DNA of 64,000 nucleotides from contig NC_090328.1 in NCBI RefSeq assembly GCF_035084215.1, forward strand, positions 5,952,001-6,016,000, written 5' to 3'. Of this stretch, positions 51,382 to 63,751 are shown one piece after another (the stretch's first letter is position 1; each line of letters starts with the position of its first letter). The notes beneath the pieces are model-generated. The model did not search any database. It had not been told where the DNA came from and saw only the letters and a list, made by a program, of their open reading frames with translations. This DNA comes from Heptranchias perlo (taxonomy: Eukaryota). The translations under genes and the position numbers were made by a program.

Positions 51382-51547
51382 GTAAGTGAGCAGCTGTGAC
51401 CCCTACATGACCCTTTTTGTTAGTCTTGTGTCTGTCTGCACCAGGCTCCACTCCTGAATGTGATTCACACAAGGGCAGCCACAGTAATAGTTAGCCTTCC
51501 CCTTTTTTCTGTTTTTACTTCTTCTCTCTAAGCTGACCCACCAGTGC

Positions 51548-51790
51548 AGTTCTCCCCGGTGTCCTGGAGCCAATATTTATCCCTCAACCAACATCACCTA
51601 AAAACAGATGATCTGGTCATTATCTCATTGCTGTTTGTGGGATCTTGCTGTGCACAAATTGGCTGCCTTGTTTCCTGCATTACAATAGTGACTACACTTT
51701 AAAAGTACTTCATTGGCTGTAAAGTGCTTTGGAAGGCCGTGAAAGGTGCCATATAAATGCAAGTCTTTCTGTCTTTCGTCTTTCTTTTTT
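51548..51790 (+). mobile_element. DeuSINE 3' half
   Basis: Collinear with 44353-44585. Confidence 0.85.
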
Positions 51791-51869
51791 TCTGTGTGTG
51801 CCTCTTTCTGCGTTCCCTTCTCTTCACTTAATCCCTTTTATTCATTGCTTCTCTAATTTCTAATCCATA

Positions 51870-53035
51870 CCTTCTCTGCAGCCCCTGACATGATCCACCA
51901 CACAATCTCGCATCCCTCCGTTGTCCAGCTCAGTGGGACTGCCCTCGCTCGGTCTCACTTTTAACTATCTGATCATCTCCGGAGCATCTCCGGCAATGGC
52001 TTTTCTTCCGGCTCTCGCACCGTTACCTCAGGAGTCCCCGAAGGATCTGTCCTTAGACCCTTCCTCTTCCTCATCTACATGTTGCCCCTTGGCAACATCA
52101 CCTGCAGACATGGGATCAGCTTCCACGTGTACATTGACGATACCCAGCTCTACCTCTCCACCACCCCTCTCAATCCCTCCACTGCCTCTGTGTTGTTAGA
52201 CTGCTTGGCCGTAATTTTCTCCATCTGAACATTGGAAAGACCAAAGCCATTGTCTTTGGACCCCTGCCACAAATTCTGTACCCTAGCCACCAACTCCATC
52301 CCCTCCCCGACCACTGTCTCGGGCTGAACCAGTCTGTTTGCAACCTTGGAATCCTATTCAACCCCAAGCTGAGCTTCTGACCCCATATCCTCTCCACCAC
52401 CAAGACCGCCTACTTCCACCTTCATAAAATTACCCACCTCCATCCCTACCTCAGCTCATCTGCTGCTGAAACCCTCATCCGTGCCTTTGTTACCTCCAGA
52501 CTGGACTATTCCAATGCTCTCCTGGCCGGCCTCCCATCTTCCACCCTCCATAAACTTGAGCTCATCCAAAACTCTTCTGCCCGTATCCTAACTCGCACCA
52601 AGTCCCGTTCACCCATCACCTCCTGTGCTCGCTGAACTACATTGGCTCCTGGTCCGGCAATGCCTCGATTTTAAAATTCTCATCTTCGTGTTTAAATCAC
52701 TTAATGGCCTCACCCCTCCCTATCTCTGTAACCTCCTCCAGCCCTACAATCCCTGACCCCAAACTCTTCATTCCTCTGACTCTGGCCTCTTGTGCATCCT
52801 CCCTCCCTTCACTCCACCATTGGTGGCCATGCCTAGACCTTATGCTCTGGAATTCCCCTCCCTAAACCCCTCCATCCCTCCACCTCCCTCTCCCCCTTTA
52901 TGACCCTCCTTAAAATCCACCTCCAACCAAGATCACCCTTCCGAATATCTCCTTCATTTTATTTCCTTACACATCTGAGAAAAGCTCTTGGGATGTTTTT
53001 CTACGTTAAAGGTGCTATATAAATGCAACTTGTTT
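51870..53035 (+). mobile_element. Degenerate L2 LINE (RT C-terminal half plus 3' UTR)
   Basis: Remnants of LSAAFD, GVPQGS.L.P, LIRAFVTSRLDYSN and LHWL; same L2 tail as the other copies. Confidence 0.88.
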
Positions 53036-53554
53036 TTTTTAACATCGGTTTGAAGAGGAGAAATCCTTTGTTATCAGTACAAGGTAACTGGTCACTACAA
53101 CCTCAACCGCATCACCTGCAGATATAGTCTCCTGACCTCCTGTATTGAATCTCAGTCCCACCAAACTCCACCATGGACCGACGTGTCAATGGGTTGGTGA
53201 TGATGATATGCCTTGGGAATTTCACCCGTGGGATGTACCTGTTTGGGGTAGATTGTCACATCAGGTTGAAATCCTGGTGCTACACCTGATGACTTTGTAG
53301 GTCATCCATCACTATTGGCCTCTATGTCTGTGCAAGTTGTACACACCATGTTGGAACATTTGCACGTCAATGAGTCAATTGGCACTATTCATTGCTTACA
53401 CGCCTCTCTGCAGTGGCTACCCTGATTCATTGATAAGCCGCCATCCATCAGCAAAAAGAGTCTGTGTGTATAAAAGCCAGTCTGCATTGTACAAGATTGT
53501 TTAAAGTGTAGAGAAGTAAAGTTCACTTCAGAGCATAAAGAAAGAATAGAATTG

Positions 53555-53760
53555 CATTCATAGAGTGACAACCTCAGGACGTCCCAAAGCTCTTCACAGC
53601 CAATGATTTTTTTTTGAAGTGTACTCACTGTTGTAATGTAGGAAACGCAGCAGCCAATTTGCGCACAGCAAGATCCCACAAACAGCAATGAGATAACGGC
53701 CAGATAATCTGTTATTGATGGTTGAGGGATCAATGTTGGCCAGGACACAGGAGAGGACTC
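53555..53760 (-). mobile_element. DeuSINE fragment
   Basis: Reverse complement of the Deu domain and tail. Confidence 0.82.
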
Positions 53761-53839
53761 CACTGTAGAGCAAAACAATTGTTAGGGTCCTCGGAGCTCC
53801 CGAGTGAAAGTTACATTGAAGCACGAAGCAAGAAAAATT

Positions 53840-53995
53840 GGCTGGGAATTCCCTCTGAGTCGCACGTGCTCGGTCACTCTAACCGCGTTGGAAGTTCAGC
53901 GGGAACACCCTTCACTCGCGTAAACGAGGTTTCTACCACACTTCCAGTGAAATTACAGCGATAGAGCAACAGGGGTTCAGAGGAAATTCCCGGCC
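53840..53995. mobile_element. Short MITE with terminal inverted repeats
   Basis: TTGGCTGGGAATTCCCTCTGA versus the reverse complement of TCAGAGGAAATTCCCGGCCAA: 19/21 match. Confidence 0.7.
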
Positions 53996-54362
53996 AAAGT
54001 CTTTGTCAAACACATAATTCAAAGGGCAGAATAGGGAGATGGGTTGATCGATTGAAGGACCCGATGAAGGAACATTGGATGCTGTATATATAGAGTATAA
54101 TCATTTTATACATTCATTACTGGGTATATGTCTGTGGACAATCAGGTTGTGCCGTAATCCAAAGCCTCAATAAAACTCTTAAAACACAAAGCTTTAATAT
54201 GCCATAGGCGGCAACAGGAATACGGTTTAGTGTCGTAAAAGAAAGAATTGAGGAGCCCAGTAATTGGCATCGGTGACCCTCTGTACATTTGTAGACTGAC
54301 TCTGAAATAAAGAAAGTTTTGGCCAAATGTTTGTATTTAGTTTGGCTCCCGATCCACTAACA

Positions 54363-54752
54363 CCTCGATTTTAAAATTCTCATCCTTGTTTTCAAATCCC
54401 TCCATGGCCTCGCCCCTCCCTATCTCTGTAACCTCCTCCAGCCCTACAACCCTCCGAGATCTCTGCGCTCCTCCAATTCTGGCCTCTTGCACATCCCCGA
54501 TTTCCATCGCCCCACCATTGGCGGCCGTGCCTTCAGCTGCCTAAGCTCTGGAATTCCCTCCCTAAACCTCCCCACCTCTCTCTCCTCCTTTAAGACGCTC
54601 CTTAAAACCTACCTCTTTGACCGAGCTTTTGGTCACCTGTCCTAATGTCTCCTTCTTTGGCTCGATTATTTGTCTGATAATCGCTCCTGTGAAGCGCCTT
54701 GGGACATTTTACTACGTTAAGGGCACTATATAAATGCAAGATGTTGTTGTTG
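54363..54752 (+). mobile_element. L2 LINE 3' fragment
   Basis: Same family as 40770-41212. Confidence 0.9.
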
Positions 54753-55117
54753 TCATCGTCGTCTCTAAACAGTTTCTAAATGAGGCCTGTCCCGAGATAT
54801 TGGGTGTTGTCACTAGTCATCTGGTTCTGAAGGAACTATCTGCTGTAAAAGCAGCTGTGCGGTTTGTGGAGGGGTACGTTTCTTGGCAATGCTGACAGCA
54901 GCACCAAGGCTGAGGATTGGCTGATTACCTGCGGGACAAGACTACGTCACATCTCTTCAGTCACACAGCTTCTCCTCCACTCCATGTCGCCCAGTGACCA
55001 CAGGTACTTTATAAGATGGATACTCTTTCCGTAACAGCCTCTCACTCTCACGTGCTCCTCACATCACTGCAAGGAACAGCCTGCACCTTGGCGTTTTGCT
55101 TCTAATTTTGTTGGAGA

Positions 55118-55450
55118 CAAACTATTTCCTCCAGTGGGGGGAAATCAAGAACAAGGGGAACACAATCTTAAAATTAGAGCCAGGACATTAAGAAGGGAAA
55201 TCAGGAAGCACTTTTTCACACAAAGGGGAGTGGAAATCTGGAATTCTCTCCCCCAAAAGGCTGTGGATGCTGGGGGTCAATTGGAGCTTTCAAGGCTGAG
55301 ATCGATAGGTTTTTGTCGGGTGAGGGTATCGAGGGATATGGGGCACAGGCGGTAAAATAGAGTTGAGGTACAGATCAGCCGTGATCTAATTGAAGGGTGC
55401 AGCAGACCCGAGGGGCTGAATGGCCTCTTCCTGTTCCTAATGTTCCTCTG
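55118..55450 (+). mobile_element. CR1 3' fragment
   Basis: HNLKIRA...FFTQR..WNSLPQKAV. Confidence 0.85.
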
Positions 55451-55475
55451 TTAGCATTAAAAATTATTTGCATAC

Positions 55476-55946
55476 CTTATTGTAGACGACACAGCTCGAT
55501 TTATTTTAGCCACTGACAGTTGCTCTCCTGGTTCTCGTTTTCTTGACAGGCAGCTGAAGGATTCATCCATTCCTGACGAAGTCCCTGTTCGCAGACGGCC
55601 TGAGATCTTGGGGAGCTTTCCTCCGATTTTATCTCTGAACAATCGATCCTTGTATATTGAAGGGATGGCCCGGTGTATTGAGGGGCCTTTCATGAGCCTC
55701 AGTTCCTGGAACACTGAGAAAGATGACACTGTGTTGGTTGCCATAGCAACTCCGCACATAGTGGACGACGCAATATCTACTGCAACACAAACTATTCCAA
55801 CCCAACTTATTTCCATTATTACCATCTTTTTTGTCGCAACTACAACGGACATCTTTAGACAAGACTGTGGAGAGCACAATATTTTACAAGTGACATTCTC
55901 ATCGTGCTCCATACTTGGTGAAGTGTCTTTGCCATAACATCACTGC
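55476..55946 (-). other. Candidate exon of an unidentified minus-strand transcript (ORF from ATG 55912, 145 codons, phase 2)
   Basis: Acceptor TTCCCCCCCAACAG|, Kozak AGTATGG and donor AAG|GTATGC in non-repetitive DNA. No recognised homology. Confidence 0.35.
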
Positions 55947-56049
55947 CTGTTGGGGGGGAACCTCGATCTGTTGTTACAGGTCTTTACGTGGCTGGAAACT
56001 TGGGCAAGAAAATGTAGAGAAAGAGAGAGGAAGATTAGAGGAAGAGGGG

Positions 56050-56420
56050 AGTTCAGAATTGTGAGGGGTTTTGATGGAGTGGATAGGGAGAAATTGTTTC
56101 CAGTGGCAGGAGGGTCGGTAACCAAAGGACACAGATTTAAGGTGATCGGCAAAAGAACCAGAGGGGAGATGAGGGAAACATTTTTTTTTACTCAGTGAGT
56201 TGTGATGATCTGGAATGCACTGCCTGAAAGGGCGGTGGAAGCAGATTCAATAATAACTTTCAAAAGGGAATTGGATAAATACTTGAAAAGGGGAAAAATT
56301 TGTAGGGCTCTGGGGAAAGAGCAGGGGGGAGTGGGAGTGGGACTAATTGGAGAGATCTTTCAAAGAGCCAGCACGGGTTCGATGGGCCTCCTTCTGTGCT
56401 GTATCATTTTATGATCCTAT
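56050..56420 (+). mobile_element. CR1 3' fragment
   Basis: Near-identical to 50500-50860. Confidence 0.88.
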
Positions 56421-56544
56421 AATTACAGGAAACCTTGATATAAAATGGCCGGAATCTGAACTGCTCAGCTTCAAGTGTCTCGTTAATTATTTGTGACACA
56501 GGTGCCTTTAACGTCCTCGAGAGTTACAACATCTGGCTGCATTT

Positions 56545-57298
56545 AAGAACATAAGAAATAGGAGCAGGAGTAGGCCAATCGGCCCCTCGAGCCTGCTCCG
56601 CCATTCAATAAGATCATGGCTGATCTGATCCTAACCTCAAATCTAAATTCATGTCCAATTTCCTGCCCGCTCCCCGTAAACCCTAATTCCCTTTACTTCC
56701 AGGAAACTGTCTTTTTCTGTTTTAAATTTATTTAATGATGTAGCTTCCACAGCTTCCTGGGGCAGCAAATTCCACAGACCCACCACCCTCTGAGTGAAGA
56801 AGTTTCTCCTCATCTCAGTTTTGAAAGAGCAGACCCTTATTCTAAGATTATGCCCCCTAGTTCTAGTTTCACCCATCCTTGGGAACATCCTTACCGCATC
56901 CACCCGATCAAGCCCCTTCACAATCTTATATGTTTCAATAAGATCGCCTCTCATTCTTCTGAACTCCAATGAGTAGAGTGCCAATCTACTCAACCTCTCC
57001 TCATATGTCCGCCCCCTCATCCCCGGGATTAACCGAGTGAACCTTCTTTCTACTGCCTCGAGAGCAAGTATGTCTTTTCTTAAGTATGGACACCAAAACT
57101 GTATGCAGTATTCCAGGTGCGGTCTCACCAATACCTTATATAACTGCAGCAATACCTCCCTGTTTTGATATTCTATCCCCCTAGCAATAAAAGCCAACAT
57201 TCCGTTGGCCTTCTTGATCACCTGCTGCACCTGCATACTAACCTTTTGATTTTCTTGCACTGGGACCCCCAGATCCCTTTGTACTGCAGTACTTTCCA
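56545..57298 (-). mobile_element. 5'-truncated CR1 LINE (TTCTTATG-tail subfamily)
   Basis: ORF 56649-57260 (LVRPHLEYC...RGHNL...FKT). Confidence 0.93.
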
Positions 57299-57659
57299 GA
57301 AAGTTTTGAAGATGTTTGACTGTAAATGACTGCGCTGATCATTTGGAGCCACATTTGATACAGTAGTGGGCACCATACCTTCAATAAAGACAGTGGGTGG
57401 GTTGACACAAGAGAGACACGGGTGGTTAAGGATCTAGTATTGAGAGACGCACGGAGATGAACTTGTTTTTACATTCAAGAAGAAATGAAGAAGGCACCAG
57501 ATCAGAATGCTGAGTAAACACTGCCCTGTGCTGCACCAGCTGAGCTGAGATACATCTAAACTACCCGCGGAGCTGTCTGCTTCCAGCTCCATATCGTGCT
57601 GGGGGTCAGGGCTCCGAGTTCACACCTGGTGCAGCAGAGATGGAATGAGGGGGACATTA

Positions 57660-60600
57660 GTTATCACTGAGACTGAGAGGGGACGGAGAGGGGGAGGGTA
57701 GTGTTATCACTGAGACTGAGAGGGGACGGAGAGGGGGAGGGTGGTGTTATCACTGAGACTGAGAGGGGACGGAGAGGGGGAGGGTAGTGTTATCACTGAG
57801 ACTGAGAGGGGACGGAGAGGGGGAGGGTAGTGTTATCACTGAGTGTGAGAGGGGACGGAGAGGGGGAGGGTAGTGTTATCACTGAGACTGAGAGGGGACG
57901 GAGAGGGGGAGGGTAGTGTTATCACTGAGTGTGAGAGGGGACGGAGAGGGGGAGGGTAGTGTTATCACACAGACTGAGAGGGGACGGAGAGGGGGAGGGT
58001 AGTGTTATCACTGAGACTGAGAGGGGACGGAGAGGGGGAGGATAGTGTTATCACACAGACTGAGAGGGGACGGAGAGGGGGAGGGTAGTGTTATCACTGA
58101 GACTGAGAGGGGGACGGAGAGGGGGAGGGTAGTGTTATCACTGAGACTGACAGGGGACGGAGAGGGGGAGGGTAGTGTTATCACTGAGACTGAGAGGGGA
58201 CGGAGAGGGGGAGGGTAGAGTTATCACTGAGACTGAGGGGGGGACGGAGAGGGGGAGGGTAGTGTTATCACTGAGACTGAGAGGGGACGGAGAGGGGGAG
58301 GGTAGAGTTATCACTGAGACTGAGGGGGGGACGGAGAGGGGGAGGGTAGTGTTATCACTGAGACTGAGAGGGGACGGAGAGGGGGAGGGTAGTGTTATCA
58401 CTGAGACTGAGGGGGGGACGGAGAGGGGGAGGGTAGTGTTATCACTGAGACTGAGGGGGGGACGGAGAGGGGGAGGGTAGTGTTATCACTGAGACTGAGA
58501 GGGGACGGAGAGGGGGAGGGTAGTGTTATCACTGAGACTGAGAGGGGACGGAGAGGGGGAGGGTAGTGTTATCACTGAGACTGAGAGGGGACGGAGAGGG
58601 GGAGGGTAGTGTTATCACTGAGACTGAGAGGGGACGGAGAGGGGGAGGGTGGTGTTATCACTGAGACTGAGAGGGGACGGAGAGGGGGAGGGTAGTGTTA
58701 TCACTGAGTGTGAGAGGGGACGGAGAGGGGGAGGGTAGTGTTATCACTGAGACTGAGAGGGGACGGAGAGGGGGAGGGTAGTGTTATCACTGAGTGTGAG
58801 AGGGGACGGAGAGGGGGAGGGTAGTGTTATCACTGAGACTGAGGGGGGACGGAGAGGGGGAGGGTAGTGTTATCACTGAGACTGAGGGGGGACGGAGAGG
58901 GGGAGGGTAGTGTTATCACACAGACTGAGGGGGGACGGAGAGGGGGAGGGTAGTGTTATCACTGAGACTGAGAGGGGACGGAGAGGGGGAGGGTGGTGTT
59001 ATCACTGAGACTGAGAGGGGACGGAGAGGGGGAGGGTAGTGTTATCACTGAGACTGAGAGGGGACGGAGAGGGGGAGGGTAGTGTTATCACTGAGACTGA
59101 GGGGGGGACGGAGAGGGGGAGGGTAGTGTTATCACACAGACTGAGAGGGGACGGAGAGGGGGAGGGTAGTGTTATCACTGAGACTGAGAGGGGAGGGAGA
59201 GGGGGAGGGTAGTGTTATCACTGAGACTGAGAGGGGACGGAGAGGGGGAGGGTAGTGTTATCACTGAGACTGAGGGGGGACGGAGAGGGGGAGGGTGGTG
59301 TTATCACTGAGACTGAGAGGGGACGGAGAGGGGGAGGGTAGTGTTATCACTGAGACTGAGAGGGGACGGAGAGGGGGAGGGTAGTGTTATCACTGAGTGT
59401 GAGAGGGGACGGAGAGGGGGAGGGTGGTGTTATCACTGAGACTGAGGGGGGGACGGAGAGGAGGAGGGTAGTGTTATCACTGAGTGTGAGAGGGGACGGA
59501 GAGGGGGAGGGTAGTGTTATCACACAGACTGAGAGGGGACGGAGAGGGGGAGGGTGGTGTTATCACTGAGACTGAGGGGGGACGGAGAGGGGGAGGGTGG
59601 TGTTATCACTGAGACCGAGAGGGGACGGAGAGGGGGAGGGTAGTGTTATCACTGAGACTGAGGGGGGGACGGAGAGGGGCAGGGTAGTGTTATCACTGAG
59701 ACTGAGAGGGGACGGAGAGGGGGAGGGTAGTGTTATCACTGAGTGTGAGAGGGGACGGAGAGGGGGAGGGTAGTGTTATCACTGAGACTGAGAGGGGACG
59801 GAGAGGGGGAGGGTAGTGTTATCACTGAGTGTGAGAGGGGACGGAGAAGGGGAGGGTAGTGTTATCACTGAGACTGAGAGGGGACGGAGAGGGGGAGGGT
59901 AGTGTTATCACTGAGTGCGAGAGGGGACGGAGAGGGGGAGGGTAGTGTTATCACTGAGTGTGAGAGGGGACGGAGCGGGGGAGGGTAGTGTTATCACTGA
60001 GACTGAGAGGGGACGGAGAGGGGGAGGGTAGTGTTATCACACAGACTGAGAGGGGACGGAGAGGGGGAGGGTAGTGTTATCACTGAGACTGAGAGGGGAC
60101 GGAGAGGGGGAGGGTAGTGTTATCACTGAGACTGAGAGGGGACGGAGAGGGGGAGGGTAGTGTTATCACTGAGACTGAGAGGGGACGGAGAGGGGGAGGG
60201 TAGTGTTATCACACATACTGAGAGGGGACGGAGAGGGGGAGGGTAGTGTTATCACTGAGACTGAGAGGGAACGGAGAGGGGGAGGGTAGTGTTATCACTG
60301 AGTGTGAGAGGGGACGGAGAGGGGGAGGGTGGTGTTATCACTGAGACTGAGAGGGGACGGAGAGGGGGAGGGTAGTGTTATCACTGAGACTGAGGGGGGC
60401 CGGAGAGGGGGAGGGTAGTGTTATCACTGAGTGTGAGAGGGGACGGAGAGGGGGAGGGTGGTGTTATCACTGAGTGTGAGAGGGGACGGAGAGGGGGAGG
60501 GTAGTGTTATCACTGAGACTGAGAGGGGACGGAGAGGGGGAGGGTGGTGTTATCACTGAGACTGAGAGGGGACGGTGAGGGGGAGGGTAGTGTTATCACT

Positions 60601-61329
60601 GAGACTGAGAGGGGACGGAGAGGGGGAGGGTAGTGTTATCACTGAGACTGAGAGGGGACGGAGAGGGGGAGGGTGGTGTTATCACTGAGACTGAGAGGGG
60701 ACGGAGAGGGGGAGGGTGGTGTTATCACTGAGACTGAGAGGGGACGGAGAGGGGGAGGGTAGTGTTATCACTGAGACTGAGAGGGGACGGAGAGGGGGAG
60801 GGTGGTGTTATCACTGAGACTGAGAGGGGACGGAGAGGGGGAGGGTAGTGTTATCACTGAGTGTGAGAGGGGACGGAGAGGGGGAGGGTAGAGTTATCAC
60901 TGAGTGTGAGAGGGGACGGAGAGGGGGAGGGTAGTGTTATCACTGAGTGTGAGAGGGGACGGAGAGGGGGAGGGTAGTGTTATCACTGAGTGTGAGGGGG
61001 GACGGAGAGGGGGAGGGTAGTGTTATCACTGAGTGTGAGGGGGGACGGAGAGGGGGAGGGTAGTGTTATCACTGAGACTGAGAGGGGACGGAGAGGGGGA
61101 GGGTAGTGTTATCACTGAGTGTGAGGGGGGACGGAGCGGGGGAGGGTAGTGTTATCACTGAGACTGAGAGGGGACGGAGAGGGGGAGGGTAGTGTTATCA
61201 CTGAGTGTGAGGGGGGACGGAGAGGGGGAGGGTAGTGTTATCACTGAGTGTGAGAGGGGACGGAGAGGGGGAGGGTAGTGTTATCACTGAGTGTGAGAGG
61301 GGACGGAGAGGGGGAGGGTGGTGTTATCA
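57660..61329. repeat. 43-bp purine-rich minisatellite (GTAGTGTTATCACTGAGACTGAGAGGGGACGGAGAGGGGGAGG), about 85 units
   Basis: Direct 43-bp periodicity. Confidence 0.97.
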
Positions 61330-61494
61330 TGGAGGCTGACAGGGGATGGACAGAGGGTCGTGTTATTTTACTGAACTGCCAATGGTTTTCTTGGTTTCAA
61401 AACTATTATTTTGTTTTACCATTCATATTAGTAAAAGATGTTTTATTGTAAGTGAATTTTTTGTGGCTTGTTTTCGACTTTTTTCTGAAGATTT

Positions 61495-61695
61495 TAAAGA
61501 AAGATTTGCATTTCTGTTGCGCCTTTCACGACCTCAGGACATCCCAAAGCGCTTTACAGCCAATCAAGTACTTATTTTTGAAGTGTAATGCCCTGGTGTA
61601 ATGTAGGAAAAGCAGCAGCCAATTTGCACACAGCAAGATCCCACACACAGCAATGAGATGAATGACCAGATAATCTGGTATTTAGTGATGTTGGT
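61495..61695 (-). mobile_element. DeuSINE fragment
   Basis: Reverse complement of the Deu domain and tail. Confidence 0.8.
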
Positions 61696-62019
61696 GAACA
61701 GGAGCAGCAAACCCTGCTGAATTTTCCCTTTACGGCACTGAGTCCAAGTGTGCTGCTCCCACTGCTCCGTAGACTAAGATCTGCTAATTCAGCAGAGACT
61801 AGGAACTGAACTTGGGATCTTCTGGTCTTTATACCTTACTGCCACACCAAGCATGGCCTTTCACCCACCATGGCAATGAGGGAACTCACTGCTCTCATGC
61901 TCCCTAGGATTGGAAAATCAGCAGCAGACCCTCACTATTTATGAATTTGTTAACTGCGTCCCCAATACCAGAGCGATATCTGACCCCCTTTAAATGTGGA
62001 AAGTCCCAGGGCACTTGAC

Positions 62020-62550
62020 AATTGAAATGGAGGAGGTGGAGCGGTTTAGGGAAGGAGCTCCAGAGAGTCGAGCTGGATCGGACGGAGGCTCTGCCATTAA
62101 TGGCGGGATGAAGGGAGGTCGTGGGGCAGGGGGGGGGCAAAGAAATTCACAGAAGGCCAGAGGCAGGGATGGGGGTGAGGCGAGGACAGGGAGTGATCTG
62201 AAGGTGAGGATGAGGATTTTTTGGATATAACACTGGGGAGGACTGGCGGCCAGTCTCAGGTCAGCGAGGACAACCGGACGGGGGGGGGGGGAGGGGTGGA
62301 TGGATGAGTGGGACTTAATGCAGGACAGGGTCTTGGAGCAATCAAAGCCTATGGAGGGTGGGAGGATGGGGGGTGGAGGGGCTGAGCGAGGGGAGATGCT
62401 GGAGAAATCAAGCCGAGAGGCGACACAATTGTGGCTGTAGGTTTCAGGAGCACAAGAGCTGAGGTGGGGGCTGAGAGAGGAGGAGTCTATGTCGTGGAGA
62501 TGGAAAATAAAAGAGGTGTTGGTGACGGAGAGGACGTGGGACTTGGAAGC
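62020..62550 (-). mobile_element. Old L2 fragment
   Basis: Diverged similarity to the L2 3' region (AAGGTGAGGATGAGGATTTT, GTTTAGGGAAGGAGCTCCAGAG). Confidence 0.55.
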
Positions 62551-63077
62551 TGAGTTTACCTAGTTACAGAGTCGTGTTTATTGGTGTAACATGGACACCT
62601 TGTGTAGGTTGTAAATCTATTCGCAATCCCTTCATTAACATTCCATTGGTATGGAGTGCTCGTTCATCAGTTACATTTCTTGGAATGCCGGAGGTAAAGT
62701 TTTCTGAGGATTGTACAGGGAGAGAACATCGAATGGAACGCCTCCATTTTTTAAACCCGATGCCGAAGACTGTTTCTGTCAGAACACGTAACTTCAAAAC
62801 TCAGAAACTTTGCGTGAAAAAAGTAACAGGTGACATTTGGCGAACTTGTCGCTGGAAGCTAAACGGTTGAGGCCTGAATTTTCTGTCACCCTGACCCCGA
62901 CCCGTTTTCCAAGGGTCGGAGGTCATTATGAGGGACCAGCAAGGGAAATTCCGATGGTGACACCGCAGGATCTTGGGGGGGGGGGGGTGGGTGGGGGTGT
63001 TGGGGGGGGGGGGTGGATAAAGGAAGCAAGGGGAAACCCAAAGATCAGAGCGAAATTTAAAGGTTAGGTCTCCGACT

Positions 63078-63334
63078 GAGCTGAGAAGGGACTGCCAACT
63101 CTGGGAAAGTTCATCACACGACCTATAGCCTTCGACCTCCCCGCGCTCCCGCCATTGGTCACACGACATGCCCTTCCTCGCGCATTGCCTTCCCGCGCCA
63201 ACCGATAAATGAACGCGTTCAAAGAACTGGAAAAAAAGCACAACATTCTTTTCATGAAATTATTTTATTTTCTCCCGTGTTGCTCGCAGAATTCCTGGAG
63301 ACTCCCGCACAATCCGGTGGGCTGGCAAACCCTA
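63078..63334. mobile_element. Probable hAT-type MITE
   Basis: Ends AGGGACTGCCAAC / GCTGGCAAACCCT resemble AGGGTTGCCAAC-type TIRs; a related end begins at about 63952. Confidence 0.45.
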
Positions 63335-63347
63335 AACTGAGGCCGAA

Positions 63348-63751
63348 CAAACAACAACTTGCATTTATATAGCGCCTTTAACGTAGTAAAACGTCCCCAA
63401 GGTGCTTCACAGGAGTGATTATCAGACAAAATTTGACACCGAGCCACACAAGGAGATATTAGGACAGGTGACCAAAAGCTTGGTCAAAGAAGTAGGTTTT
63501 AAGGAGCGTCTTAAAGGAGGAGAGAGAGGCGGAGAGGTTTAGGGAGGGAATTCCAGAGCTTAGGGCCGAGGCAGCTGAAGGCACGGCCGCCAACGGTGGA
63601 ATGATGAAAATCGGGGATGTGCAAGAGGCCAGAATTGGAGGAGCGCAGAGATCTCGGAGGGTTGTCGGGCTGGAGGAAGTTACAGAGATAGGGAGGGGGC
63701 GAGGGCCATGGAGGGAATTTGAAGACGAGGATGAGAATTTTAAAATCGAGG
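63348..63751 (-). mobile_element. L2 LINE 3' fragment
   Basis: Reverse complement of the 54363-54752 family. Confidence 0.9.

Noticed and set aside
55650-55725. Resemblance of SVFQELRLM...AIPSI to the KLF6/7 N-terminus
   Set aside because: The match is short, internal to the ORF, and no zinc-finger exons were seen; probably chance.
55550-55937. Plus-strand terminal exon of the receptor (acceptor TTTTCTTGACAG|)
   Set aside because: The phase-1 reading stops after two codons and no tyrosine motif follows, so there is too little support. It remains possible as a 3' UTR exon.
58138-59569. ORFs within the 43-bp minisatellite
   Set aside because: They are artefacts of alternating 43/44-bp units.
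63100-63230. CpG-rich E2F/CCAAT promoter
   Set aside because: It lies inside apparent MITE termini (63078-63334), so a transposon origin is more likely. Promoter use is not excluded.
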